64,000 bases of DNA, taken from contig CALGXC010000003.1 of assembly GCA_937936045.1 (NCBI GenBank), positions 6,097 through 70,096 of the forward strand, given 5' to 3'. The notes below the pieces were generated by a model. It saw only the letters and a program-made list of their open reading frames with translations, did not search any database and was not told the DNA's origin. The translations under genes were made by a program, and so were the position numbers. Shown here piece by piece: positions 25,921 through 37,022 of this stretch. How positions within the stretch are numbered: the stretch's first letter is position 1; each line of letters begins with the position of its first letter. Source of the stretch: an uncultured Candidatus Saccharibacteria bacterium (GTDB lineage Bacteria > Patescibacteriota > Saccharimonadia > Saccharimonadales > Saccharimonadaceae).

Positions 25921-27423
25921 ATGGCTACACTTCAAGATTATCGCAATGAACGACTACGAAAACTGGAAACATTACGTCAATTGGGCGTTGAACCATATCC
26001 AGCAAAATCAGAACGAACTCACACTTGTGCTGAGGTTTTATCTAAGTACGATGAGCTAGCTGGCAAGGAAGTTATTGTTGCGGGTCGTGTGGCGTCTATT
26101 CGCAGTTTTGGTAAATTGGCATTTATTAAATTACGCGATCAATCTGGCGACGTGCAACTTTATCTGCAGCGTGATGACGTGGCGGAGTTGGATGCTGCGC
26201 GTGGCGTGCTTGGAATGAAGCAGCTTAAATTACTGGATACTGGCGATTTTATTGAGGCGAAGGGCGTGATGACCACGACACAAACGGGCGAAAAATCCGT
26301 TGGTGTACGCGAACTTAGATTGTTGACTAAATCGTTAAGACCAATGCCAGAAAAATTAGAGAATAAGGAAGAGCGCTTGCGTCGACGTTATGTTGATATG
26401 AACGTCAATCCTGAAGTTCGTGAGCGATTCATTCGCCGAAGTAAGTTTTGGCAAGCAACGCGAGATTATTTGAATAGTCATGGATTTATTGAGATTAATG
26501 TTCCCGTCTTGGAGCATACCACTGGTGGTGCTGACGCGAACCCATTTGTGACGCACATGGATGCGCTGGGCGATCAGCAGTTTTATTTGCGAATTAGCCA
26601 CGAATTACCATTGAAGCGGCTGATTGGTGCTGGATTTGAAAAAGTTTATGATCTCGGTCCGCGTTTTCGCAATGAAAATTACTCTGACGAGCATTTGCCA
26701 GAGCATATCGCTATGGAATGGTACGCGGCTTACTGGGACTGGAAACAGGGAATGCGTTTCATGGAGTCGATGTATAAAGATGTGCTTCAGAAGACTTTTG
26801 GTACCCTGCAATTTCAATTGGGCAAGTTCAACGTCGATATGAGTGGCGAGTGGGAAGTTTGGGATTATGCTGAGGTTATTCGCAAGCATTACGGAATCGA
26901 TGTTTATAACACGACGATTGAAGAGGTTGCTGCTAAGCTGAAAGAGTATAATTTGGAAGTTGAAAAAACTGACTCTATCCCACGCAGTATTGATAAATTA
27001 TGGAAGAATATTCGTAAAGATGTTGCTGGTCCGGTTTGGTTGGTGAACACGCCGAAGTTTATTAGTCCGTTGTCAAAGACTAATCCGGAAAATCCAGAGA
27101 CGGTGGAGCGTTTTCAGCCGGTAATTGCTGGTTCGGAATTGGGTAATGGATTCTCTGAGCTGAATGATCCGATTGACCAGCTAAATCGTTTCCTTGAGCA
27201 GCAGCAAATGCGTGACGCTGGTGATGAGGAGGCGATGATGCTTGATATTGATTACGTCGAGATGTTGGAATATGGAATGCCGCCAGCTTGTGGTTGGGGC
27301 TATTCTGAAAGGGTATTCTGGATTTTCGAGGGCGTTACGGCGCGTGAAGGTGTGCCGTTCCCGCAGCTTAAGAGTGAAATTGACGAAACGACTCGGGCGA
27401 TTTATCCGCAAGTCAACTTGTAA
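25921..27423 (+). CDS. lysS: lysyl-tRNA synthetase (class II)
   Basis: OB-fold N-terminus, FRNENYSDEHLPEH, GWGYSERV. Confidence 0.95.
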   Translation: MATLQDYRNERLRKLETLRQLGVEPYPAKSERTHTCAEVLSKYDELAGKEVIVAGRVASIRSFGKLAFIKLRDQSGDVQLYLQRDDVAELDAARGVLGMKQLKLLDTGDFIEAKGVMTTTQTGEKSVGVRELRLLTKSLRPMPEKLENKEERLRRRYVDMNVNPEVRERFIRRSKFWQATRDYLNSHGFIEINVPVLEHTTGGADANPFVTHMDALGDQQFYLRISHELPLKRLIGAGFEKVYDLGPRFRNENYSDEHLPEHIAMEWYAAYWDWKQGMRFMESMYKDVLQKTFGTLQFQLGKFNVDMSGEWEVWDYAEVIRKHYGIDVYNTTIEEVAAKLKEYNLEVEKTDSIPRSIDKLWKNIRKDVAGPVWLVNTPKFISPLSKTNPENPETVERFQPVIAGSELGNGFSELNDPIDQLNRFLEQQQMRDAGDEEAMMLDIDYVEMLEYGMPPACGWGYSERVFWIFEGVTAREGVPFPQLKSEIDETTRAIYPQVNL

Positions 27424-27426
27424 TTT

Positions 27427-27435
27427 TGTTATAAT
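27427..27435 (+). promoter_or_regulatory. extended -10 TGtTATAAT, 6 nt before ATG 27442
   Basis: Read directly. Confidence 0.5.
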
Positions 27436-27441
27436 TAAAGC

Positions 27442-29202
<1,761 letters not shown>

Positions 29203-29206
29203 AATT

Positions 29207-29215
29207 TGATATAAT
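29207..29215 (+). promoter_or_regulatory. extended -10 TGaTATAAT, 8 nt before a 25-codon ORF (29224..29301)
   Basis: Read directly. Confidence 0.45.
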
Positions 29216-29293
29216 ATAAAGATATGGATTTTTTATTGGAGTTATTTTCTGGCAGGTTATTTTTAGCTGCGATTCAGAGTAGAGGTTGTGATT

Positions 29294-30247
29294 ATGTCTG
29301 ATATTTTATTATGGTTGGCGGCAGCTGTGTTATTGGCGCTTTCTGGGCTATTTTCCGGTCTGAATATTGGTTTAATGATGGCGCGGCCTGATGACTTGAA
29401 GCGAAAGGCCAGGCAGGGCGACAAAATTGCGGCGCGAGTGTATCAATATCGAAAAGACGGCTATTATTTGATTTTCTGTATTTTGCTCGGCAATGTCGGC
29501 GTGAATACTGCGATGTCAATTTTGCTAGGAAATATGACGAATGGCGTGGTTGGCGGTCTGATTGCGACGCTCCTCATTACGATGTTTGGCGAGATTTTGC
29601 CGCAGGCGATTTTCTCGCAGCGTGGATATCGATTTGTGCGATATTTCTTTTGGTTGCTTGATGTGATTTACGTGCTATTTTGGCCGCTTGCTCAGCCGAT
29701 GTCGAAATTGTTGAATCGCTGGCTGGGTAAGGAAACTCCGCAATTATATTCTCACCAGGAGCTGGAGGAGATTATTCACGAGCACGCCGTCAGGTCGGAT
29801 AGCCCGGTTGATTATGACGAAAGTCGCATTGCTGCGGGTGCGTTGCAGTTTAGTAAAAAGACGGCTGGCGATTTGGTTACGCCGATGAGCGAGGTTTTTG
29901 TCGTGGATTTGGATGACGAGCTGGATGCGACTCTACTAGCTCAGATTAAGCACGCTGGACATTCGCGAATTCCAGTTCAATCTGACGGGGAATTGGTCGG
30001 AGTTTTATACGTGAAGGATGTAGTTGGACGAGATTTGCCGTTGCCAATTAGCCAATTGTACCGCGATAAAATTTACGATATTGACAAGAGGTCGCGCCTG
30101 GATACGGTCCTAAGTCGATTTATTCAAACGCACAATCATTTATTTGTGGTGATGGACGATGAGACGGAGCTGGGAATTATTACGCTAGAAGACGTGATTG
30201 AAGAGATTCTGGACCAAGAGATTGAAGATGAGTATGATGAGGAATAA
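29294..30247 (+). CDS. CNNM/DUF21 + CBS-pair transporter (hemolysin/CorB family)
   Basis: DUF21 TM region (FGEILPQA) and tandem CBS. ATG 29294 after GAGGT. GTG 29288 is an alternative start. Confidence 0.85.
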   Translation: MSDILLWLAAAVLLALSGLFSGLNIGLMMARPDDLKRKARQGDKIAARVYQYRKDGYYLIFCILLGNVGVNTAMSILLGNMTNGVVGGLIATLLITMFGEILPQAIFSQRGYRFVRYFFWLLDVIYVLFWPLAQPMSKLLNRWLGKETPQLYSHQELEEIIHEHAVRSDSPVDYDESRIAAGALQFSKKTAGDLVTPMSEVFVVDLDDELDATLLAQIKHAGHSRIPVQSDGELVGVLYVKDVVGRDLPLPISQLYRDKIYDIDKRSRLDTVLSRFIQTHNHLFVVMDDETELGIITLEDVIEEILDQEIEDEYDEE

Positions 30248-30270
30248 GATTAAATTGAGGAGGTCATAAA

Positions 30271-30921
30271 ATGTTTGAAGAATATAATAATGGAGTGCCT
30301 GATAGATTACGACAAGTTACAGCCGAGACAATGTCTCCCGAAGTACTATATACACTCGATACTTATCCGGACGTATCGCCACAGGATGTGATGTATATTG
30401 ATGAGTCTAGGGCAGAGGGACGTGGTCGTCTAATTATCAGTAAAGGACAGTCTGTTAAGTTGCTTGAGGAGGCTGATCTGTCTACTTCTGATCTGGTGGT
30501 ATTGATGAGCGTGTGGCAGAGAAATGACCAAGGTGATTTGTGCCGTGGCATTATCGCCGATTGTCGATTTTATAGCGGGCGCTTTGACGTTGAATATGGC
30601 GGCGGAGAGATTGATGGTTACGATGGAATTGATGATGAAATCTACAATAAGGACGATGAGCAGGTTATTTCCGCAGTAATTGATTACGGAGATGATAGAG
30701 AAGTCAAGATTTGGGGAGATCCAACGTTTTTTGATGCTGCTAGATATATGGCTAGTTTGGTGGATAATGAGTCGATAGAAAAAGGCGGGGTTGTTGCGGG
30801 CAGTCACGAGATTCAGGACGATGTGAACGACGGCGAGCCGCGGGAGCGTGTGAACGCTGATTCTTTTTATAAGCGCGCGCTCAATGGCTTGGCGAAGATA
30901 GTTAAAACTAAGCGAAAATAG
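30271..30921 (+). CDS. acidic hypothetical protein
   Basis: GGAGG SD. No recognised motif. Confidence 0.7.
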   Translation: MFEEYNNGVPDRLRQVTAETMSPEVLYTLDTYPDVSPQDVMYIDESRAEGRGRLIISKGQSVKLLEEADLSTSDLVVLMSVWQRNDQGDLCRGIIADCRFYSGRFDVEYGGGEIDGYDGIDDEIYNKDDEQVISAVIDYGDDREVKIWGDPTFFDAARYMASLVDNESIEKGGVVAGSHEIQDDVNDGEPRERVNADSFYKRALNGLAKIVKTKRK

Positions 30922-31000
30922 TGTACCTTAATAGGGTAAAATCTATAATCTTTCAAATATTGTATTAAAAATACCTTGACTATTTAAGGTACCTTGTATA

Positions 31001-31014
31001 ACATAGTACTATGT
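31001..31014. promoter_or_regulatory. perfect 14-bp palindrome ACATAGTACTATGT, candidate PadR operator
   Basis: Read directly. It overlaps the TATAAC/TATAGT -10 candidates upstream of the ABC-PadR-PspC operon. Confidence 0.4.
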
Positions 31015-31039
31015 ATAGTAAATCAACAAGGAGCTTAAT

Positions 31040-32329
31040 GTGAAAAGAATTGACATTATTAAACGCGCCGGTCGAAATTTGGGGCAATCAAAAGGCCGCA
31101 CGATTTTAACCGCGCTGGCAATTTCAGTTGGAGCGTTTACGATTGGTCTGGCGCTGATGGCTGGAGAAGGCGGTCGGCTGTATACAAACAGTATGGTTGA
31201 CGCGGCTGGCGATAAAAAATCTGTTTCGGTCTATAAAAAAGTGACCTCGTCGGGACCTGATAACAATCTTCCAGAATATAGCGACTCGGAAGATACGGAG
31301 AAGGATCAGTCTAAGGCGATAGAAAAATACTCGATGACTGATAACGACGTGAAAAAAATACAGCAAACCCCGCACGTAGAAAAAGTTACGCCAGCTTATT
31401 CTATGTATGGAGTCTTATACGCCAAAAGTTCGGCAAGTGACAAAAAATTCGTGCCGAGTGTAACCGTGAAGTTCGATAAAACTCGAATGAAGTTTGCGGC
31501 TGGTAATTTGGACAATTTTATGCCGAAAAAAGGTGAAGTTGTTATTCCGGAATCTTACGTAAAAGAAATGGGATTTAGTGATGCAAAATCGGCAATTGGA
31601 CAAACGATTACGCTAGGATTGAAAAAAGGAGATTCGTCGAGCAAAAACGCTGACAAAGAAATATCTCTGAAAGTTGCAGCAGTCGATAAACCTTCGGACA
31701 CGATTCTGTTTTATCAGCCAGCTGTGCGCGTTTCTGTGGATGACGCTAAGGAGATTTACGCCTTCAGTCACGCTAAAAATTTGCCTAATGATTATTCTTA
31801 CGTAATTGCGTTTGTTGATGATGAGAAAAATGTTGAGGCGGTGAAGAGTGAGCTTGGCAAGGACTACATGGCGTCTTCGGTTCAGGATGTGCGTAAGGCT
31901 ATGCTGACTTTTGTGAATATGGCTCAAATGGCGCTGATTGGGTTTGGCGGTTTGGCGCTGCTTGCGAGCGTGTTTGGAATTGTTAATACGATGTACATTT
32001 CTGTTCTGGAGCGAACTAGCCAGATTGGGCTAATGAAAGCTCTGGGAATGCGAGGTCGTGATATCGGTAAAATGTTTAGATATGAAGCGGCGTGGGTTGG
32101 ACTTCTTGGTGGCTTAATTGGTGTTGGATTAGCAAGTTTGATGTCACTACTTAATCCTATGATTGCTAATTCCCTAAAGTTGGAGCAAGGTACGAATCTA
32201 TTAGTCATCAATCCTCTGCAAATGGGACTTTTGATAATCGGGCTGATGATTATGGCGGTACTTTCTGGCTGGCTGCCGAGCCGCAAGGCAACAAAATTAG
32301 ATCCAATTGAAGCGTTAAGGACGGAATAG
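31040..32329 (+). CDS. ABC transporter permease, FtsX/MacB-type
   Basis: N-terminal TM, large extracytoplasmic domain, C-terminal 3-TM FtsX-like domain. GTG after AAGGAG. Confidence 0.9.
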   Translation: MKRIDIIKRAGRNLGQSKGRTILTALAISVGAFTIGLALMAGEGGRLYTNSMVDAAGDKKSVSVYKKVTSSGPDNNLPEYSDSEDTEKDQSKAIEKYSMTDNDVKKIQQTPHVEKVTPAYSMYGVLYAKSSASDKKFVPSVTVKFDKTRMKFAAGNLDNFMPKKGEVVIPESYVKEMGFSDAKSAIGQTITLGLKKGDSSSKNADKEISLKVAAVDKPSDTILFYQPAVRVSVDDAKEIYAFSHAKNLPNDYSYVIAFVDDEKNVEAVKSELGKDYMASSVQDVRKAMLTFVNMAQMALIGFGGLALLASVFGIVNTMYISVLERTSQIGLMKALGMRGRDIGKMFRYEAAWVGLLGGLIGVGLASLMSLLNPMIANSLKLEQGTNLLVINPLQMGLLIIGLMIMAVLSGWLPSRKATKLDPIEALRTE

Positions 32330-32339
32330 GAGAATTGTT

Positions 32340-33038
32340 ATGATTGAGCTTAAAAATGTGACGAAAATTTACGGCAAAAAGAAGAACCAATTTGTGGCTC
32401 TAAATGATGTGAGTCTGCAAATTCCAACTGGTGTGAGCGTGGCGATTTTGGGAAAATCTGGTTCAGGAAAATCGACGCTAATGCACGCAATTTCTGGCTT
32501 GGATCGACCGCAGCAAGGTGAGGTGATTATTGACGGTCAGGACATTCTGAAATTGAAGCAAAAGCAAGTTGACGAGTTCCGCGCAAGAAAAATAGGTTTT
32601 ATTTTCCAGAGTTTCTTTGTTCAGGGCAATGAAAGCGTGGCGGATAATGTGAGCTTGCCACTGGAAATTGTGAAAATGCCAAGGGGCTTGAGGGAAAGTA
32701 AAATCAATGAGGCGCTGAAGGCGGTGGACTTGTATGAGAAGCGCAAGAATCGTGCGAAGGATTTGTCGGGTGGCCAGAAGCAGCGTTTGGCGATTGCGCG
32801 GGCAATTGTCGGTAGTCCTCAGATTATTTTTGCGGACGAACCTACGGGAAATTTGGATAGCGAAACTGGCGCGAAGGTGGAAGAATTGCTGTTCAATTAC
32901 AACAAGCAAGAAGGCGCAACACTGATTATCGTGACGCACGACGTTGACTTGGCCAAAAAATGCGATTATCAAATCCTGATCAAAGACGGCAAAATTAAGG
33001 GCTCTAATATACCGAAAGAAGGTGAAAGTGGACGTTGA
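32340..33038 (+). CDS. ABC transporter ATP-binding protein (MacB/LolD-like)
   Basis: GKSGSGKST, LSGGQKQR, IFADEPTGNLD. Confidence 0.95.
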   Translation: MIELKNVTKIYGKKKNQFVALNDVSLQIPTGVSVAILGKSGSGKSTLMHAISGLDRPQQGEVIIDGQDILKLKQKQVDEFRARKIGFIFQSFFVQGNESVADNVSLPLEIVKMPRGLRESKINEALKAVDLYEKRKNRAKDLSGGQKQRLAIARAIVGSPQIIFADEPTGNLDSETGAKVEELLFNYNKQEGATLIIVTHDVDLAKKCDYQILIKDGKIKGSNIPKEGESGR

Positions 33039-33372
33039 TAGCTATGCGGAAAGCTTGGCGGTCCAATTGCGAAAAGGATTTTTGGTTTACTGCGTTTTAC
33101 TGGTTTGTTCTAATAAAGCGCAGTACGCCGGCGACATTGTTAAGCAATTGAACGATTCGGATTTAACGGTGGTCGAAGGCACGATTTATCCGCTGCTGAA
33201 TAGGTTGCAGAAAGACGGATATTTGCAACACGAATGGCAGGAAAGCGAGCAAGGTCCGCCGCGAAAATATTATTCATTGACAGATCACGGCGATCAATTG
33301 ATTCATGAACTCAAAGATCGCATAAATATGTTAAATAATTCGCTTGATAACTTAGAAAAAGGAATAAAATAA
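33022..33372 (+). CDS. PadR family transcriptional regulator
   Basis: IYPLLNRLQKDGYL..PPRKYYSLTDHG winged-helix signature. Confidence 0.9.
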   Translation: MKVDVDSYAESLAVQLRKGFLVYCVLLVCSNKAQYAGDIVKQLNDSDLTVVEGTIYPLLNRLQKDGYLQHEWQESEQGPPRKYYSLTDHGDQLIHELKDRINMLNNSLDNLEKGIK

Positions 33373-34649
33373 TGAAGGAAATAACTAGGATTCATCTGGC
33401 AAAAACGGCGTTTAGTGTGGAAATTGACGCTAAGAAATCGCTAGAAAAATATCTTAATTCGATTCAGAAAAATATGCACGCCGACGCGGAAGCGATGAGG
33501 GAAATTGAGGCACGAATGGTTGAAATTTTAGCCGAGCGTGGCGTAATGAAAGAAGGTGTTATTAGCGACGATGACGTTTTGGCGATTAAAAATCAAATGG
33601 GCGAGCCGCGCGATTTTTCGGATGATAGTGAGGACTCAACTGATGAATTGACGGATGATAATGAAAAACCAGAAAAGCAATTGATGCGCGACATGGACGG
33701 GGCTGTCATTGGCGGCGTGTGTGCGGGAATAGCGGCATACTTTAATATCAATCCGTTGTGGGTGCGACTGATTGCAATTATCTCGCCGTTCGTGACATTC
33801 GGTACAATGGTGCTGGTTTACCTCGCGATGTGGGTGTCAATGCCACCAGCAAAAACCGCGTCGGACAAATTACGAATGCGCGGGAAGCCAGTAACTTTGG
33901 CTGCACTTAAGGAAGCTTCCGCTGATGGAAGTTCAATTACGTCTGTCGGAAAAACTCCAATTGCGAAATTTTTCCAATATTTTGTCGGTGTTATGGTGCT
34001 ACTTACGACGCTAGCGGTGCTGTTTGGGCTGATTGTTGGCGGGGCGCTTGGTGTTTCCGTGGTTAATATGCTCGGCGGTTTGGGAATGCAAATGTGGGCG
34101 TGGGGAGTGTGGATTTCCTTGGCAATTGGCGGAATCTCAGCGGTTATATTTGGCGCAATTGCAACGCGTAGCATATTTGTTTGGAAGGTCAATCGAATGT
34201 CTGTGATTGCAATGATCGTGTCGGCGTCCGTTGTTTTTATGAGTTTGGCAAGCGCCGCAATATTTAGCGCTCACGCTGGCTTAGAATATGCGCGTGAATC
34301 GCAGCAACTCACGAAGAAAGTGAATATCGATATTCCAGATACGACAAACGCTAATTCAATTTTTATCGATATGCCAGTGGGGAATGTTTCGCGAATAAAT
34401 TCTGACAAATTTAAGGTGGAAGCGGAGTTTGTGGATTTGCCAAAGGCGAATAAGCCAGAAATTAACGTGCGCCGCGATGGCGATAAAATTGTGCTGTCCG
34501 TTTCTGAGAAGTGTAACGCGATATTCTTTGATGGTTGCTTGAAGTTCTATAAGCCGATAACTGGCTTGAAAATTTATGCTCCTGCGGGCGTGAATGTTAG
34601 CGGTTTGTTCTATCACAACTCGATTGAAGCGGAAAATTCCGAATCTTAG
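33372..34649 (+). CDS. PspC-domain membrane protein
   Basis: GAVIGGVCAGIAAYFNINPLWVRLIAI followed by multiple TM helices. Confidence 0.85.
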   Translation: MKEITRIHLAKTAFSVEIDAKKSLEKYLNSIQKNMHADAEAMREIEARMVEILAERGVMKEGVISDDDVLAIKNQMGEPRDFSDDSEDSTDELTDDNEKPEKQLMRDMDGAVIGGVCAGIAAYFNINPLWVRLIAIISPFVTFGTMVLVYLAMWVSMPPAKTASDKLRMRGKPVTLAALKEASADGSSITSVGKTPIAKFFQYFVGVMVLLTTLAVLFGLIVGGALGVSVVNMLGGLGMQMWAWGVWISLAIGGISAVIFGAIATRSIFVWKVNRMSVIAMIVSASVVFMSLASAAIFSAHAGLEYARESQQLTKKVNIDIPDTTNANSIFIDMPVGNVSRINSDKFKVEAEFVDLPKANKPEINVRRDGDKIVLSVSEKCNAIFFDGCLKFYKPITGLKIYAPAGVNVSGLFYHNSIEAENSES

Positions 34650-34714
34650 GCTCACGCATTTGAATGATTTTACCGCTAATGCTACACTTGAAGGATGAAA
34701 GGTAATTTTTAAGC

Positions 34715-35554
34715 GTGGCTTGGTGGCAAGCAATTATTCTCGGCGTAATTGAGGGAATTACGGAATTCTTACCGATTTCTTCGACTGGGCATTTGACGAT
34801 TGCCGAGAAATTGATGGGAATGCGAATTGACGATCCGAGCGTCGTGGCTTTTACGGCGATAATTCAGATCGGAGCAATTTTGGCGGCGGTGATTTATTTC
34901 TGGAGTGATATTTGGCGAATCTTGCAGGCTTGGTGGCGCGGTTTATGGTGGAAGAGGGCGCGCCGAAAGTTTGATTATAAATATGGCTGGGCAATTATTA
35001 TCGGCTCAATTCCTATTGCGATTGTCGGTTTGTTGTTCAAGCACGAAGTTGAAACAGTTCTTCGCAGTTTGTGGTTTGTGGCGTTCGGGTTGATTGGCTG
35101 GAGCGTTGTTATGTGGCTGGCTGACAATCGTGCGGGAAATAACAAGCGTGGCGAAACTGAGACGAGCTGGAAAGACACTCTGGCGATTGGCGCAGGGCAA
35201 TGCTTGTCGCTCATTCCTGGAGTTAGTCGCTCTGGCGCAACAATTTCAGTCGGTCTGTTTCGTGGATTTGACCGAGTGTCGGTTACGAAATTGAGTTTCT
35301 TCTTGGGTATTCCAGCGCTAGTCGCGGCAGGACTATTGGAAGTCGCTACCAAATATAAGCACATTTCTGGCGGCGTTGGCTGGACTCCAACTATAGTTGC
35401 CACGGTAATTTCATTCGGTGTTGGCTATTTGGCCGTGTCGTGGTTATTAAAATTTATTCAGAGTAATAATTTCCGGCCATTCATAATTTATCGATTTGTC
35501 CTGGGGCTGTTTTTGCTGGTTATGCTTGGCTTTGGTGTGATTTCTCACGTTTAA
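34715..35554 (+). CDS. uppP: undecaprenyl-diphosphate phosphatase
   Basis: GVIEGITEFLPISSTGHL; PGVSRSGATI. Confidence 0.95.
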   Translation: MAWWQAIILGVIEGITEFLPISSTGHLTIAEKLMGMRIDDPSVVAFTAIIQIGAILAAVIYFWSDIWRILQAWWRGLWWKRARRKFDYKYGWAIIIGSIPIAIVGLLFKHEVETVLRSLWFVAFGLIGWSVVMWLADNRAGNNKRGETETSWKDTLAIGAGQCLSLIPGVSRSGATISVGLFRGFDRVSVTKLSFFLGIPALVAAGLLEVATKYKHISGGVGWTPTIVATVISFGVGYLAVSWLLKFIQSNNFRPFIIYRFVLGLFLLVMLGFGVISHV

Positions 35555-35632
35555 TGAGATTGATTTTTCATATTGCTACATGTAAAATAAAAGCATAATC
35601 AATATCAAATAAAGTTTAAAGGAATATTTTAA

Positions 35633-36934
35633 GTGGAGCGAGAAAATACAAGAAAGCCTGCATCAAAAGCTTTCGTGCTAAGTCTTTTTGTGATCACAAT
35701 AATACTCATAATACTATTGTTTTTTATTAAGATTTCACCACGTGGAGTAATTGATCCGAACGCAGTTTCTATTCGTCAGGACTCAGGTGAGATTCAATAT
35801 AAATATGCTGATGGCAATTGGCAGAAAATAGTTTCGCTTGAGGATTTGAAAAATAAGGATAACGGTGCTAATAAGAAAGATGGCAAGAAGGAATCTAGTA
35901 AAACTGATAGTCGTGAAATTGAAATTCAGAAGAACTCCCTGTATATACAGTGGCGATATGCTGGGGAATCTGAATGGAAAAATATCATAGCCTACTCAGA
36001 CTTAAAGGGTAAGGATGGCCGAGACGGTAGAGACGGTCTTAATGGACAGAATGGTAAGGATGGTCGAGATGGTATTAACGGCAGGAACGGTCAAAATGGC
36101 AAGGACGGTCTTAATGGTCAGAACGGTAGAGATGGCCAAAAAGGCGACAAAGGCGACACTGGTGCGGCGGGTCCTGCTGGGGTAACTGGAGCCACGGGAG
36201 CTACCGGTGCGACTGGTGCTACAGGGGCAGCCGGCCAAAATGCTACAATTTCTGCAACTAATAGTACTCAGCCTTGCTCGACTGGATTGACTATTACCGG
36301 AAATGGTACAAGTAACCTAGGTTTACAATTTACAGGCAAGAATCTTCCTGCGGGCGGCACAACAAATCAAGTACTCGGTAAGAAAACTGATGACGACTGT
36401 GACGTAGAATGGAAAGATACGTACGAAATTCGCGGGACTGGTATGCCTGAAGGCAATGTTAAGGCTAGTGTTGGTACATACTATACCGATACAGCCGCTA
36501 CAAACGGTGCCATTCGCTGGATTAAAACTCGTGGTAGTGATAAAACAGGCTGGAAGGTTGTATATGGTGACACTGGCTGGAGAAGTGTTCCTCAAATTCT
36601 CTCAACATCCATGAAAGCCAGCGTGGTCAAGGTTCGACGAATCAACAATACGGTTTATCTGTACGCAGCTCTTACGGGCTGGGCGTATAACTGGAACGGT
36701 GGTGGTGCTTCGTTGCCAGATGGGCTGAGTCCTGGTTACCAGATGCAAGGTCCTTCTGCTGGACGACGGGGTGACTCGTACTTGACTTGGATCGTTCAAA
36801 CTGGTGGACAGATTAACGCTGAAACACCTAGCGCTCAGAGTCCAACACCACCACTCCCTCCAATTGTTAGCGTATCGTATGTGCCAAACGACAATGTTCC
36901 ATGGCCAACAACGTTACCTGGCACAGCTATGTAA
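35633..36934 (+). CDS. membrane-anchored collagen-repeat protein with phage-tail-fibre-like C-terminal domain
   Basis: N-terminal TM helix, two IQ[YW][KR]YA..W..I....DLK motifs, 26 G-X-Y triplets, C-terminal globular domain. Confidence 0.85.
   Translation: MERENTRKPASKAFVLSLFVITIILIILLFFIKISPRGVIDPNAVSIRQDSGEIQYKYADGNWQKIVSLEDLKNKDNGANKKDGKKESSKTDSREIEIQKNSLYIQWRYAGESEWKNIIAYSDLKGKDGRDGRDGLNGQNGKDGRDGINGRNGQNGKDGLNGQNGRDGQKGDKGDTGAAGPAGVTGATGATGATGATGAAGQNATISATNSTQPCSTGLTITGNGTSNLGLQFTGKNLPAGGTTNQVLGKKTDDDCDVEWKDTYEIRGTGMPEGNVKASVGTYYTDTAATNGAIRWIKTRGSDKTGWKVVYGDTGWRSVPQILSTSMKASVVKVRRINNTVYLYAALTGWAYNWNGGGASLPDGLSPGYQMQGPSAGRRGDSYLTWIVQTGGQINAETPSAQSPTPPLPPIVSVSYVPNDNVPWPTTLPGTAM
36008..36241 (+). 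repeat. 26 uninterrupted Gly-X-Y (collagen triple-helix) codon triplets
   Basis: GKD GRD GRD GLN ... GAT GAT GAT GAT GAA GQN, counted directly. Confidence 0.95.
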
Positions 36935-36956
36935 GTAAATTATTTACACTTATCTA

Positions 36957-36990
36957 AAACCCCGTCTGTTAAATCCGGCGGGGTTTATTT
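36957..36990 (+). terminator. rho-independent terminator
   Basis: AAACCCCG...CGGGGTTT stem followed by ATTTAT. Confidence 0.7.
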
Positions 36991-37010
36991 ATATATAGTC
37001 TATGTTGTTA

Positions 37011-37016
37011 TATAAT
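37011..37016 (+). promoter_or_regulatory. -10 TATAAT, 6 nt before serS ATG
   Basis: Read directly. Confidence 0.5.
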
Positions 37017-37022
37017 TGAGAC

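Noticed and set aside
35633-36934. Prophage or phage remnant around the tail-fibre-like gene
   Set aside because: The neighbours are uppP and serS, each with its own signals. There is no integrase, capsid, terminase, att-like repeat or compositional shift. Only the single gene is phage-like.
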